Source: Cryomorphaceae bacterium (GTDB lineage: Bacteria; Bacteroidota; Bacteroidia; Flavobacteriales; UBA7430). From it: DNA of 64,000 bases. A model generated the notes under the pieces. That model made no database searches. It had not been told where the DNA came from and worked only from the letters and a program-made list of their open reading frames with translations. The position numbers and the translations under genes were made by a program. How positions within the stretch are numbered: position 1 is the stretch's first letter; each line of letters begins with the position of its first letter. Of the stretch, positions 63,218-64,000 are shown piece by piece. The stretch spans positions 239,704 to 303,703 of the forward strand of contig BOWN01000002.1 of the NCBI GenBank assembly GCA_019649675.1, given 5' to 3'.

Positions 63218-64000
63218 AAATACTAGCAAACGACGGAATTGCAAAAAGTGGAATTGATGCAATGGAAAATGCAGGCTTTAAAGTCATTACAGACAAAGTA
63301 GACCAAAGCCAATTAATTGATTATATCAATAAAAATGACATTACAGCACTTTTAGTGCGCTCAGCAACAAAAGTACGCAAAGACATCATTGATGCATGCC
63401 CAAATCTAAAACTTATAGGACGAGGTGGTGTTGGAATGGATAACATTGATGTAGATTATGCTCGTGACAAAGGCTTACATGTCATAAATACACCTGGTGC
63501 TAGCTCTGCCTCTGTTGCTGAATTAGTATTTGCCCACCTTTTTGGAATGGTACGCTTCTTATTTGACGCCAACAGAAACATGCCTTTAGAGGGAGATACT
63601 CGTTTTAAAGAATTAAAGAAAAGTTATGGAGCTGGAATTGAACTTAGAGGAAAAAAAATCGGCATCATTGGTTTTGGCCGTATCGGTAGAGAAGTTGCCA
63701 AAATAGCTTTAGGTCAAGGAATGCAAGTTATTGCTCATGATACCCACTGTAAAAATGCAAAAATTGAAATTGATTTCTACGATGGTCAACAAGTAAACTT
63801 CAACATCAATACAGTTGCCATTGAAGAAGTATATAAAAATGCTGATTTTATTACAGTTCATGTTCCTTTTCAGGGGAAACCATTAATTTCTAAGAAAGAA
63901 ATTGAAATGATGAAAGATAATGTTGGTTTAGTTAACGCTGCCAGAGGAGGTGTAATTAATGAAATTGATTTATTAGACGCATTAGAAAATGGCAAAATAC
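63214..64000 (+). CDS. serA: D-3-phosphoglycerate dehydrogenase (partial; continues beyond window end)
   Basis: Hand translation gives 'MKILANDGIAKSGIDAMENAGFKV...LKLIGRGGVGMDNIDVDYARDKGLHVINTPGASSASVAELVF...GKKIGIIGFGRIGREVAK'. The frame stays open to the window edge. Confidence 0.85.
   Translation, partial: MKILANDGIAKSGIDAMENAGFKVITDKVDQSQLIDYINKNDITALLVRSATKVRKDIIDACPNLKLIGRGGVGMDNIDVDYARDKGLHVINTPGASSASVAELVFAHLFGMVRFLFDANRNMPLEGDTRFKELKKSYGAGIELRGKKIGIIGFGRIGREVAKIALGQGMQVIAHDTHCKNAKIEIDFYDGQQVNFNINTVAIEEVYKNADFITVHVPFQGKPLISKKEIEMMKDNVGLVNAARGGVINEIDLLDALENGKI

Noticed and set aside
1-64000. Interpretation of the many split genes as genuine pseudogenes or reductive genome evolution (symbiont-like decay)
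   Set aside because: Lesions hit normally indispensable genes (rpsP, lpxB, folC). All junctions I rebuilt are -1 errors in homopolymers. No gene shows premature stops from substitutions, large deletions or IS insertions. I cannot exclude real decay without reads, so it is listed as the refutation case of the first finding.

Overview
AT-rich chromosomal segment of Bacteroidota (Flavobacteriia-type) character. Supporting signals are T9SS C-terminal sorting domains of type B (24080-27640) and type A (42099-44168), bshC, the rpmG-DUF4295-ftsY-rimO string, start codons without Shine-Dalgarno sequences, and recurrent TAnnTTTG -7 boxes. I can support about 62 protein genes, 2 tRNAs (His-GTG, Val-TAC), several intrinsic terminators and a few regulatory motifs. 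The content is overwhelmingly housekeeping. It covers proteolysis (lon, M1 peptidase), translation (L31, L33, S16, rimM, rimO, SUI1) and metal homeostasis (DtxR/MntR regulator + ZIP + TonB-dependent receptor, P1B ATPase). It also covers glycine/serine/folate metabolism (gcvT, serC, serA, folC), paaABCD, lipid A (lpxB), peptide scavenging (Zn peptidase, DPP-IV, two POT permeases) and ExbB-ExbD-TonB. I recognised no integrase, transposase, CRISPR array, restriction/defence gene or toxin-antitoxin pair, so I do not see a classical accessory island or a clear-cut novel system. The most striking property is that about half of the genes are broken by frameshifts. Every junction I reconstructed by hand is a one-base deletion in a homopolymer, essential genes are hit, and the lesions cluster in alternating dirty and clean blocks of about 10 kb. 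I therefore read them as assembly or consensus errors, not pseudogenes, and I annotate broken genes as single CDSs with approximate ends. The best biological leads are modest. They are a 144-aa HAD-type phosphatase translationally wedged between serC and serA, and an S16 gene with about 20 copies of an 18-nt EEAPAA repeat. Others are a perfect 9-2-9 palindrome centred between the DtxR-family regulator and a TonB-dependent receptor, an untracked DUF4295 ORF behind rpmG, two possible leaderless promoters, and a LuxC-like reductase/ferredoxin/secreted-protein cluster.
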